This document shows positions 26,485 to 34,681 of a stretch of 52,102 bases of DNA, in pieces. The DNA lies in assembly GCA_039584755.1 (NCBI GenBank), contig JBDGXD010000001.1, positions 1 through 52,102 of the forward strand, written 5' to 3'. This DNA is from Gemmatimonadota bacterium (GTDB lineage Bacteria > Gemmatimonadota > Gemmatimonadetes > Gemmatimonadales > GWC2-71-9). The notes beneath the pieces are model-generated. The model was not told the DNA's origin. It worked only from the letters and a program-made list of their open reading frames with translations, and did not search any database. Both the position numbers and the translations under genes were made by a program. Within the stretch, counting starts at the first letter, position 1. Each line of letters begins with the position of its first letter.

Positions 26485-26733
26485 ATGACAGCGGTAAATA
26501 GTATTGGATCGGCCACGTTGGCGACCGGGGAGGACGGGGCCCTCGTCCTCAAGTTGGCGGGACCTTGGCAGCTCCAGGGAGCCATTCCTGATCTTGCTGT
26601 GGTTGAGCAGGAATTGGAGCGACTACCGCCTTCCGGTACTGTCGCGTTCGAAACCTCCGAATTGACCGACTGGGACAGCAGTCTGCTCGCGCGTGCGGCG
26701 CGACTAGCCGTCCGTGGGGTAGAGATTGCCTGA
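26485..26733 (+). CDS. Short STAS-like domain protein, possibly the truncated N-terminus of an MlaE-type permease
   Basis: ALVLKLAGPWQLQGAIPDL...ERLPPSGTVAFETSELTDWDSSLLARAARLAVRGVEI resembles the STAS module that precedes MlaE-family permeases. It ends after about 82 aa with no permease region, and its 3' end overlaps a convergent ORF by 30 nt. Confidence 0.4.
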   Translation: MTAVNSIGSATLATGEDGALVLKLAGPWQLQGAIPDLAVVEQELERLPPSGTVAFETSELTDWDSSLLARAARLAVRGVEIA

Positions 26734-27051
26734 TGGATCCGCTCTCAGCAGTCGTTTGGCATCCTCCTGCGACAGGCTAGGACGTCCGGCAGTGGTGTGC
26801 CGCGCCAGGTAGTCTTTGGCCTTCTCTCGCGCCTCGTCATCGCAGCTCCTGTCCGCTAGCCGGATCAGACGCTCCAGCGTCGCAACCGCTCCCTTCCTTT
26901 CTCGCGAGCGGTATTCGTCCAGCGCGAAGAGCACCATGTCGGCCCATCTGATCCACATCAGGACCTCGAACTCCGAGGGACTGCTTGGATGACTCGCAAG
27001 CAGATCTGCCACGAGAGCTATGCGTCTGGGATCGGTGTGATATTCTTCCAA
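26704..27051 (-). CDS. Hypothetical protein
   Basis: 115-aa ORF with a TTG start and helical-looking composition. No family recognised. Confidence 0.4.
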   Translation of the reverse strand: MEEYHTDPRRIALVADLLASHPSSPSEFEVLMWIRWADMVLFALDEYRSRERKGAVATLERLIRLADRSCDDEAREKAKDYLARHTTAGRPSLSQEDAKRLLRADPSGNLYPTDG

Positions 27052-27201
27052 GGCTTCTGGCTCGGAGAGCTAGTGTGGCAAAACTACCGACCGGTAGGGG
27101 TATCGGCCACCACGCTGGCCACGAGAGGCAATGTGGCAAGCGGCCGAGTCCCGGCCGCGTTGGACTCCCGCAAACCGGGATTCCTCAAGGTGGATGTGAT
27201 C

Positions 27202-27564
27202 ATGATCGTCGTCCGAATTCTACCAGTCCTGCTCAGTTTTCTGTTGCTCGCCGCCCACTTCTCGAGGGCTGAGCATCCTGCCCTGGTGCTGCTGAGTCTC
27301 ATGTACCCGCTGGTGCTGTTGGCCAGGCGGCCATGGGCGGTCTATGCCGTACAGCTAGCGCTAGTGCTCGGCGGATTGGAGTGGGTCAGAAGGACCGTTG
27401 CCTTGGTTGGAGAACGGCAGCAGGCGGGGGAGGCGTGGGCCCGGCTGGCGATGATCCTGGGGGCCGTCGCTGCATTCACCTTCGCGTCGGTTCTGGTGTT
27501 TCGTTCGGTGCCGATCCAGCGGCATTATGGGCTGTCCGCCGATCGGACTGACAGGCCGCGATAG
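27202..27564 (+). CDS. Small integral membrane protein, hypothetical
   Basis: ATG 27202 gives MIVVRILPVLLSFLLLAAHF... with 4 hydrophobic helices. The upstream part of the track ORF (26989-27201) overlaps the convergent gene and looks non-coding. Confidence 0.55.
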   Translation: MIVVRILPVLLSFLLLAAHFSRAEHPALVLLSLMYPLVLLARRPWAVYAVQLALVLGGLEWVRRTVALVGERQQAGEAWARLAMILGAVAAFTFASVLVFRSVPIQRHYGLSADRTDRPR

Positions 27565-27618
27565 GCTGTGGTGTGGCGACTGTGGTGCCGTCGAGCCCGC
27601 AGGCTATCTGGCCGCGTT

Positions 27619-28317
27619 TCAGTGAGTAGTGGTGTCGGTTGCCAGTGAGTCGGGAAGGCTATCCGCCAACAGGGACCTGGAGACGAACCCCAGACGTTCT
27701 CCATCCAGGTAGACCAACAACCAGGCCCTACCCTGGTCGTCGACTTCGACCCGTTGACCGGGTAACAGGATGCTGACTATCGAGTCTTGATTGCTCGGTC
27801 CGGCTCTCACGTTGGCCCAGTTGACCGTCCACTTGGTCCGAGTCGCTGGGAGCTGCGCCGGCGTCGTGACCGCAGTTGCCGTGATGGCAGGCGCTGTCGG
27901 TGGAGACTCGACCGGCTGCGAGTCCATCTGCGAGGCTGGCAGCGAGTCCACCTGTGAGACCGCCTGCGAGTCCACGTTCGAGTCCGGTGCAGTGGCAATG
28001 GTCTCAGCAAGCGACATCGGCTCGGGCGCCTCGTCGCGGGTTCTCCACGTGATCAATAGGGCTGCCGCCAGGAGAACCAAGCCGACCGCGCCGACGATCG
28101 GCCAGGGCTTTGCGCCCCGTGATGGCCGTACCTCACCGCAGTGCGGACACAGCTGCGATTTGGGTGCTATCTCCCTGTTGCAACTGCGACAAAGCGTCGC
28201 CTTGGTGGTGTGAGAGTCCTTCTTTCGCTGCTCGCTGAGCGAAAAGCCACACTTGGGACACGTTGAGGCGACACTCAACACTCGCTTGCCACATTGTGGG
28301 CAGTCTATCAGCGTCAT
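27619..28317 (-). CDS. Double zinc-ribbon / single-TM / bacterial SH3-domain protein
   Basis: Two CxxC...CxxC ribbons (CPQCGKR...CPKCG; CRSCNRE...CPHCG), one TM helix (WPIVGAVGLVLLAAALLI), a DSQ(A/P)VSQ(V/M)DS repeat linker and a C-terminal SH3_3-like segment (WANVRAGPSNQDSIVSILLPGQRVEV). Confidence 0.75.
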   Translation of the reverse strand: MTLIDCPQCGKRVLSVASTCPKCGFSLSEQRKKDSHTTKATLCRSCNREIAPKSQLCPHCGEVRPSRGAKPWPIVGAVGLVLLAAALLITWRTRDEAPEPMSLAETIATAPDSNVDSQAVSQVDSLPASQMDSQPVESPPTAPAITATAVTTPAQLPATRTKWTVNWANVRAGPSNQDSIVSILLPGQRVEVDDQGRAWLLVYLDGERLGFVSRSLLADSLPDSLATDTTTH

Positions 28318-28561
28318 GATTGCCAGCCGTTCGATAGGCGCAGCTGCAGCCGAATCACCACAGCCATACCGTGCAAAAGTAGACGTTATGGTGCCACGTT
28401 ACCAGCCCGGTGGTGATTCTCGGCCTGGGCAACCACCCCTCATTCGCATGACGAGCCGACAGGCGACACGCCCATCTGCGGAGTGCCCGGAACATCACAT
28501 AGCATCGTGGTGTTGTTCGGACCATATTGCAGCTCCTCACTCACCTCAAGACGGACTGACT

Positions 28562-29509
28562 ATGCCTCTGTGGATGGCCAATCTCACCCTCGTCGCATCC
28601 GGAATAGCCACACGGACTGTGCGACCGTTCCGATTTGCTCTTCCCGTAGTCCTTGTATCGCTGCTAGCCTGTGCGTCTGGACCCAGGATAGTGCTGACCT
28701 CCGTCACACCTGCACCGACCGACATGCACCAGCAGGGCAAGTTCGTTTGGCGCGATCTGCTCACCCACGACCTGGCAGGTGCGAAGCGGTTCTACGGTGA
28801 GCTGTTCGGCTGGCAGTTCGGGGTCAATGCCGCAGACGATTCTGCCTACACTGTAATCACTCACGCAGGGTTGCCGATAGGAGGAATCTTCTATACGGAG
28901 CGAATCGAGCAAGAGGTCAACAGATCTCAGTGGGTGAGCTACATGTCGGTGACGGATGTAGATCTGGCCGTCGAACAGGTGCGAAGCGCTGGAGGTGTGG
29001 TTCACACTCCCCCACGAGACTACCCCGACCGGGGTAGAGTGGCGGTCGTGAGTGATCCCCAAGGCGCGCTCGTTGCTCTCGTGAGAACCACGGGTGGAGA
29101 TCCCGCCGATGGGGAGCCAGCGATCAACCAGTGGCTGTGGACCGAATTGTGGACCACCGATGTTGAGGCAGCAGTGTCGTTCTATCGGGCTCTGGTTGGG
29201 TACGAGCTTGAGATGGCCCAGGTCTATGAGGAGACCAGCTACGGTGTGTTCCAGCGAGACGGTCAACCTCGGGCCGGGGTATTGCAGCTGCCCGTGGAGG
29301 GCGTTCCCCCCAATTGGTTAGCTTACGTGCGGGTCGAGGATCCGGCTGCAATCGCAGCACGTGTGGAGTCGCTGGGTGGCAGTTTGTTTCTAGCACCTGA
29401 CGAAGACGTGCGAAACGGTGATGTGGCGGTAATCGTCGATCCGTCCGGTGCAGCCCTTACAGTTCAGCGGTGGCCCCCCAAGATGGAAGAGGGGAGGGGT
29501 GAACGATGA
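28562..29509 (+). CDS. VOC (glyoxalase/bleomycin-resistance) family lipoprotein with two tandem VOC modules
   Basis: ATG 28562 gives the lipobox VSLLACA. There are two repeats of the GKFVWRDLLT...FYGELFGW / WLWTELWT...FYRALVGY pattern. The track ORF extension to 28253 overlaps the convergent gene. Confidence 0.8.
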   Translation: MPLWMANLTLVASGIATRTVRPFRFALPVVLVSLLACASGPRIVLTSVTPAPTDMHQQGKFVWRDLLTHDLAGAKRFYGELFGWQFGVNAADDSAYTVITHAGLPIGGIFYTERIEQEVNRSQWVSYMSVTDVDLAVEQVRSAGGVVHTPPRDYPDRGRVAVVSDPQGALVALVRTTGGDPADGEPAINQWLWTELWTTDVEAAVSFYRALVGYELEMAQVYEETSYGVFQRDGQPRAGVLQLPVEGVPPNWLAYVRVEDPAAIAARVESLGGSLFLAPDEDVRNGDVAVIVDPSGAALTVQRWPPKMEEGRGER

Positions 29510-29838
29510 AAGCCAAGTGGAGTGTGTTGACTACTGCTGCGCTGGTCGTGCTTGGCGGCTCGGCAGTGGGCTGCTACGGTTATGGATCACCCGATGTGTA
29601 CGTTGGGGTCGCTGTAGCTGGACCCTACGTGGGGCATCCCTATCCCTATGGCGGTCCGTATGGAGGGTGGGTCGGGCGGCCGTACCCGTCTCCCTATCAT
29701 AGGTACGAAGACTCTGTGGAGGAGGTTGGACCGCCGAGAGCGAGCGTGACGGTACAATCTGACACATCACTTGCAGCGGTCACCGTGCGGTCCGATTCGC
29801 AGCGGCAAGTATCGTTGCTACGGCCCCAGCAGCAGTGA
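29506..29838 (+). CDS. Gly/Tyr/Pro-rich small lipoprotein
   Basis: Lipobox GGSAVGC followed by YGYGSPDVYVGVAVAGPYVGHPYPYGGPYGGWVGRPYPSPY. ATGA overlap with the upstream VOC gene. Confidence 0.65.
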   Translation: MKAKWSVLTTAALVVLGGSAVGCYGYGSPDVYVGVAVAGPYVGHPYPYGGPYGGWVGRPYPSPYHRYEDSVEEVGPPRASVTVQSDTSLAAVTVRSDSQRQVSLLRPQQQ

Positions 29839-29862
29839 GGACTGAGAGACCGCTCAAAGGAG

Positions 29863-30075
29863 GTGAACGTGGGTAACGCACTTTCCCGGCCACTAAAAAG
29901 GAGTCGCAGCGATCGAATCGTTGCCGGCGTGTGCGGCGGAATTGCCAAGTGGCTCGACTGGGATCCCACGGTGGTAAGGGTGATCTATGTCGTCGGGTCA
30001 CTCGTTTCGGCTGCGTTTCCCGGTCTGGTGGCCTACATCATTCTCTGGCTGGTCATACCGCAAGACACTTATTGA
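29863..30075 (+). CDS. PspC-domain membrane protein
   Basis: LKRSRSDRIVAGVCGGIAKWLDWDPTVVRVIYVV plus a TM helix. AAAGGAGG lies just upstream. GTG 29869 is an equally good start. Confidence 0.85.
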   Translation: MNVGNALSRPLKRSRSDRIVAGVCGGIAKWLDWDPTVVRVIYVVGSLVSAAFPGLVAYIILWLVIPQDTY

Positions 30076-30175
30076 GAGGCCGCTACGACTTAAGTGTCGC
30101 CGCGTTGATCACTGAAACTCCGTCCGGACGGTGCCGTACGGGAGAGCGAGCGCTTTTCACCCTGGAGGATCACGA

Positions 30176-30817
30176 ATGAGAATCGCGAGAATAGCGATCT
30201 TGCTGGCGGCTATGACAACGGTTGCGGGGAGCCAAGGCCTCGCTCAGATGATGACGTTGGGTGTGAAGGGTGGTGTGACGGTCGCCAATGTGACGGCCCA
30301 AGCATCTGGGACCTCAGTGAATACTGACAACCGAACGGGATACAATCTTGGCGGTGTCCTCTCGATGGCGGTGTCCCCTGTTATGTCTGTCGAGATCGAT
30401 GGTCAGCTGGTTGGAAAAGGATTCGGGGTGTCCGATACTACTTCGGGGATAACCTCAGGTCTGGATCTTCTCTACCTGAACTTCCCCATACTAGCCATGT
30501 TCACGGTCCCAGCAGGTCCGGACAGGCTCATTTCCGCTCGCTTGTTTGCTGGCCCCAGTTTCGGCTTTCGGATAACATGCGACATTGTGCCGTTCGAAGG
30601 GCAAACAGGTACTGGTGTGTGTGATCCACAACAGGCCGGCAGCTTCGATTTCGGTCTCATGGCCGGGGCCGGGGTCAAGGTGGGAAAAGGTGCGGGTGGC
30701 CTCATCCTCGATGTGGCCTTCGACTACGGCTTGTCCGATATTGACAAGACTGACGAGCTCAGCGTAAAGAACCGTGCGTTCATTGTATCGATCGGGTACC
30801 TGTTCCCGATCATCTGA
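30176..30817 (+). CDS. Outer-membrane beta-barrel protein (OMP_b-brl/porin family)
   Basis: Signal peptide MRIARIAILLAAMTTVAGSQGLAQ, alternating strands and a C-terminal aromatic-rich last strand (FIVSIGYLFPII). Confidence 0.8.
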   Translation: MRIARIAILLAAMTTVAGSQGLAQMMTLGVKGGVTVANVTAQASGTSVNTDNRTGYNLGGVLSMAVSPVMSVEIDGQLVGKGFGVSDTTSGITSGLDLLYLNFPILAMFTVPAGPDRLISARLFAGPSFGFRITCDIVPFEGQTGTGVCDPQQAGSFDFGLMAGAGVKVGKGAGGLILDVAFDYGLSDIDKTDELSVKNRAFIVSIGYLFPII

Positions 30818-30844
30818 CACCTTTACCGGCAGCTGTCTCGACCT

Positions 30845-30876
30845 GCGCCCGGGGGTTCTCCCCCGGGCGCTTTGTC
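30845..30876 (+). terminator. Rho-independent terminator
   Basis: GCGCCCGGGGG-TTCT-CCCCCGGGCGC forms a perfect 11-bp GC stem followed by TTTGTCTT. It lies 28 nt after the OMP stop. Confidence 0.85.
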
Positions 30877-31286
30877 TTGTGGTGATGGGGCTGACCTAGC
30901 TCACAGTCCGTTGAGAAACGCAGCGATAGATTCTGAAGATGAGACACTCCCGCTGGTGGGAGTTGTCCTGGACTGTAAGTGTTTGATTTACATTGACTTG
31001 GGCTTGAGAATTCGATCGAGACAGTCGATAAGTTGATAGTATGCGATCGAATGGCCCGCCAGGGGAGTAAACGGACGTCGGCCGAGACAGACTTGGCGAG
31101 CAGTCCGATTGGAGCGAGAGCAGAGTGGCGAGACGAGACTGGTGGATAGTGCACCGATCCCTGGACATGAACCTGAATACCGTATCCAAGCGGGAGTTGC
31201 GGTCATGATGGTGCACGGTATCACAGAGAACTCGTTTCCCGGGTGCTTCGTTGCAGCCAACCGTGGTTTTCTCGAGGAGTGCCAGG

Positions 31287-33764
31287 ATGACTGAGGCGCG
31301 CTGTCGGGAACTCGAGGCGGCTCTCGCAGCTCTCAGAGCGGAGAATCAGTCGTTGTCCGAGCGGGCGGAGGAGGCTGCCCGCGAGAGCGACGCCCGGTTC
31401 CGGCAGTTGTTCGACAACGCGAACGATGCGATGTATCTGTGGGAACTGGCAGATGACGGATCGCCGGGAAGATGCATCGAGGTGAATGAAGCAGCTGCAA
31501 GGATGACGGGTTATGCGCGCAAGGAGTTGCTGCGGATGAAGCCGCGCGACTTGGATGGCCCATCATCATTTGAGAACCGGCCTGGCGTCATGGCCGAGCT
31601 AGTGGAGCATGGCCACACGACATTCGAGGCGACCCACCAGTCGAAAGACGGTCGCGGTATTCCGGTGGAGATAAGCTCGCACCTCTTCTCGTTGCGCGGT
31701 CAGAGGGTCATCCTGTCAAGTACTCGTGATATCACCGACAGGAAGAGAGTCGACCTGGTTCGGCAAGTCATGTACAGCATTGCCCATGCGGTCGACGTCA
31801 CCAGAGACACATCTGAGCTGTACGGCGCGATTGACGAAGAAGTCCGCAGGCTAGTCGACGCCACCAATCTGTTCATCGGTCTCTACGATCGAAAGGACGA
31901 CACGATTTCGATCGTGTTCATGAGGGATCAAAAAGATCATTTCGAGACCGTGCCAGCCAGGCACACCATCAGCTCCCTCGTCATCAAGCAAGAGAAAGCG
32001 ATGCTGTTGAGGGAAGGCGATATGGAGCGGCTCGAGCGGGAAGGGAGAATCGGGTCTGTTGGGTCAGCTGCCAAGGCATGGTTGGGTGTACCTCTTCAAG
32101 CTGGTGAGGAGGCCATCGGTATCGTTGTAGTTCAGAGCTACGAGAACGAGAACGCGTTCGACCGGTCCGACCTGGAGTTGCTGGAGTTCGTATCGAAACA
32201 AGTAGCCATGGCAATCACCCGCAAACAGGCAGAGGATGAGATCAGCAAGCTGTTGCGCTCGGTGGAACAGAGTCCCACCGCTATGGTGATCACCCATTTG
32301 GATGGCTCGATTGAATATGTCAATCCCAAGTTCGTCGAAGTCACCGGGTACTCAGCCGAGGAGATAAGAGGTAGATGTGCGGCAGTGATGTGTCCTGGCA
32401 CATTGAGTGAGGCCGAACACCAGCGACTGTGGAACCGGATCCGGTCGGGTGGAGAGTGGCGCAGCGAGATAGCGAGTGTCCGCAAGAATGGTGAACTGTA
32501 CTGGGAGTGGGTGTCGGTCTCATCGATCAGGAACGATGAGGGAGAAATCGTGCGATATCTGGTTGTTCAGGAGGATATCACTCACCACAAAGAACTGAGG
32601 GAGCAACTCACCCAATCCCAAAAGATGGAGTCGATTGGCACTCTAGCCGGTGGCATCGCGCACGATTTCAACAATCTGCTGACGGTCATAAATGGGCACG
32701 CCGAGATGTGTCTGGCTTGTTTGCCCAAAGACACTGACGCGTACAGCGATGTTGCGGCGATACAGCAGGCGGGGAGAAGAGCCGCTGATTTGACGAGACA
32801 ACTCCTGGCCTTTAGCCGCAAGCAGATGTACGAAGCCAAGATTGTCAATCTGAATCAGATCATTGGCGGGTTGGACACCATGCTGCGGCGGCTGATCGGA
32901 GAGGACATAGCCATAGAGACACTCCTGAATCACGAAGTGCCACCCATCAAGGCAGATCCAGGTCAACTCGAACAGATTCTGATGAACCTGATAGTGAATG
33001 CACGTGATGCAGTCAATGAGCGTGACGGCAACGCGCCGCACAAACGGATCTCCATCGAGACGGATCACTTGCTCGTGGATAAACCCAAGGCGGACGAGGT
33101 AGCCGACCTGGATATCGGAGCGTACGTGGTCTTTCAGGTGAGTGACAGCGGTACCGGGATGGACGTTGAAACGAAGAACAAGATATTCGAACCGTTCTTC
33201 ACGACGAAGGGAAGGGATAAAGGAACTGGCCTCGGTCTTTCCACGGTCTACGGTATCGTCAGGCAGAATGGTGGCAGCATTGAGGTGGAGAGCGAGGTTG
33301 GGGTGGGAACCATTTTCAGGGTTTACTGGCCGTCGGCTGTGGTGGACGACCGACACGAACTTCAGGCCTCGGGACGTGCCGATACGCCTGCAGGTGAAGA
33401 GACTGTGCTCCTCGTTGAGGACGACGACGGTGTACGAAAGTTCGCCGCGCGTGCCCTACGTGGGTTGGGTTATGACGTTCATGAGGCGAACAACGGTAGG
33501 GCAGCACTCGACCTGGTGATCGAACAGGACCTGCGCATACAATTGCTTGTGACCGATCTCGTGATGCCCGTGATGAACGGGACCGAGTTGGCCAAAGAGA
33601 TCACGACGATGTTCCCTTCCACTCGTGTACTCTATACTTCCGGATACGTCGAGGACGCGATCGTGAGCAGCGGTGCTGTGCGGGAGGGGATCAACTTCTT
33701 GGCAAAACCATACACGTTGCCCGCGTTTGCAAGGAAGGTCAGAGAGGCGCTCGACGGTAGTTGA
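31287..33764 (+). CDS. Hybrid sensor histidine kinase/response regulator (coiled coil-PAS-GAF-PAS-HisKA-HATPase-receiver)
   Basis: H-box GGIAHDFNNLL, N/G boxes (NLIVNARDA, DSGTGMD, GTGLGLS) and a C-terminal receiver (VLLVEDDDGVR...TDLVMPVMNG...KPYT). ATG 31287 follows AGGAG-like sequence. Confidence 0.9.
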   Translation: MTEARCRELEAALAALRAENQSLSERAEEAARESDARFRQLFDNANDAMYLWELADDGSPGRCIEVNEAAARMTGYARKELLRMKPRDLDGPSSFENRPGVMAELVEHGHTTFEATHQSKDGRGIPVEISSHLFSLRGQRVILSSTRDITDRKRVDLVRQVMYSIAHAVDVTRDTSELYGAIDEEVRRLVDATNLFIGLYDRKDDTISIVFMRDQKDHFETVPARHTISSLVIKQEKAMLLREGDMERLEREGRIGSVGSAAKAWLGVPLQAGEEAIGIVVVQSYENENAFDRSDLELLEFVSKQVAMAITRKQAEDEISKLLRSVEQSPTAMVITHLDGSIEYVNPKFVEVTGYSAEEIRGRCAAVMCPGTLSEAEHQRLWNRIRSGGEWRSEIASVRKNGELYWEWVSVSSIRNDEGEIVRYLVVQEDITHHKELREQLTQSQKMESIGTLAGGIAHDFNNLLTVINGHAEMCLACLPKDTDAYSDVAAIQQAGRRAADLTRQLLAFSRKQMYEAKIVNLNQIIGGLDTMLRRLIGEDIAIETLLNHEVPPIKADPGQLEQILMNLIVNARDAVNERDGNAPHKRISIETDHLLVDKPKADEVADLDIGAYVVFQVSDSGTGMDVETKNKIFEPFFTTKGRDKGTGLGLSTVYGIVRQNGGSIEVESEVGVGTIFRVYWPSAVVDDRHELQASGRADTPAGEETVLLVEDDDGVRKFAARALRGLGYDVHEANNGRAALDLVIEQDLRIQLLVTDLVMPVMNGTELAKEITTMFPSTRVLYTSGYVEDAIVSSGAVREGINFLAKPYTLPAFARKVREALDGS

Positions 33765-33954
33765 GATCGACCCTGCCACGAGTCCTCGAGCTCTCAATGA
33801 GCACCCCGTCCGCTATGTGATGTGGATTGAGAAAGTCCTTGTTATGGCATCCACATAGCACGGTGTTGTACAGCGCAGATTTACGGCCTATTATATCAAT
33901 GCCGAGCGAAGCGACGCGTTGAGTATCCACGCGATGAGCGAATTGTGGCTAGAG

Positions 33955-33980
33955 GCCCGAGACCGCTGTCTCGGGCTTTT
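33955..33980 (+). terminator. Rho-independent terminator about 190 nt downstream of the kinase stop
   Basis: GCCCGAGAC-CGCT-GTCTCGGGC forms a 9-bp stem followed by TTTTG. There is no T tract on the opposite strand. Confidence 0.6.
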
Positions 33981-34135
33981 GCTGTTGTCTCGGTTCTGTT
34001 ACTGCTCAGCTTGGCCTTCACAAATCCTTCATGATCGGTTCAGGCCTTCGCTTTATCTTTGGGTTGCTGTTGACAGATGCCCAGATTGTCGCCAGTGTGG
34101 TGCGTGGGAAGCTGTAACCTCGGAGGTACACTACT

Positions 34136-34408
34136 TTGTGGGCATGGCTGCGAAACCAGATCCAGGAAGTACCGCCTGAGCTGGCAGTGTGCGAGTTCGA
34201 TTGCCGGGAGCCAGAATGCACGGTGAGGGACTGGCGTGTCTGCCCGTTGCGAAATATGACTGCGCAGGGTTACCCCACCGGGTTGTTCATGAGGCCGCGC
34301 CGGGAGTGGCCTGCTTCTGCGCGCAATCAGCGCTATCCAGCGTTCCCCGTTCCGTTGTACACGGCGGTCAAGAAGAAGTCCGATTCACGGACGGCCGCCC
34401 AGGGATGA
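34136..34408 (+). CDS. Small Cys-containing hypothetical protein
   Basis: TTG 34136 lies 9 nt after GGAGG. The N-terminal EVPPELAVCEFDCREPECTVRDWRVC motif looks like a conserved small-protein motif. The rest is basic and low complexity. Confidence 0.35.
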   Translation: MWAWLRNQIQEVPPELAVCEFDCREPECTVRDWRVCPLRNMTAQGYPTGLFMRPRREWPASARNQRYPAFPVPLYTAVKKKSDSRTAAQG

Positions 34409-34681
34409 GGTGACTAGCCGCACAAGCTGACTTCCCGTCACTTCTTTCCGCCTTCCACCTTAGATTCTGTGCCGGCATCCAGCCGCTGCCTGCAGCGACG
34501 AGCCATCGGCTTGCTGTCGAGCCCAGTCCAGGCATGGTGGCGCAAGCTGTTGGAGCACGCGATCGCATCCGTGGGAAAGACGCTCCGTTGCCAGACCGCG
34601 ACGTTGTGACACGATCGGGCATCTGATTCCAGATGGAGCCGTGCTCGGCGACAAGATCAACTCAACCATGGGATTGAAGTA

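Noticed and set aside
25497-26585. 362-aa minus-strand ORF
   Set aside because: It overlaps the HdeD-like gene and the 26010-26411 ORF on the other strand, has no motifs and is Arg/Pro/Thr-rich in the manner of a shadow ORF.
30884-31250. Possible tmRNA, because the segment starts with GGGGCTGA after a terminator and is about 370 nt long
   Set aside because: I found no tRNA-like 3' end (no GGTTCGA-type T-arm and no ...CCACCA complement to the 5' end) and no tag ORF ending in an ALAA-like sequence. The RNase P GGAAAGTCC-type motif is also absent on both strands.
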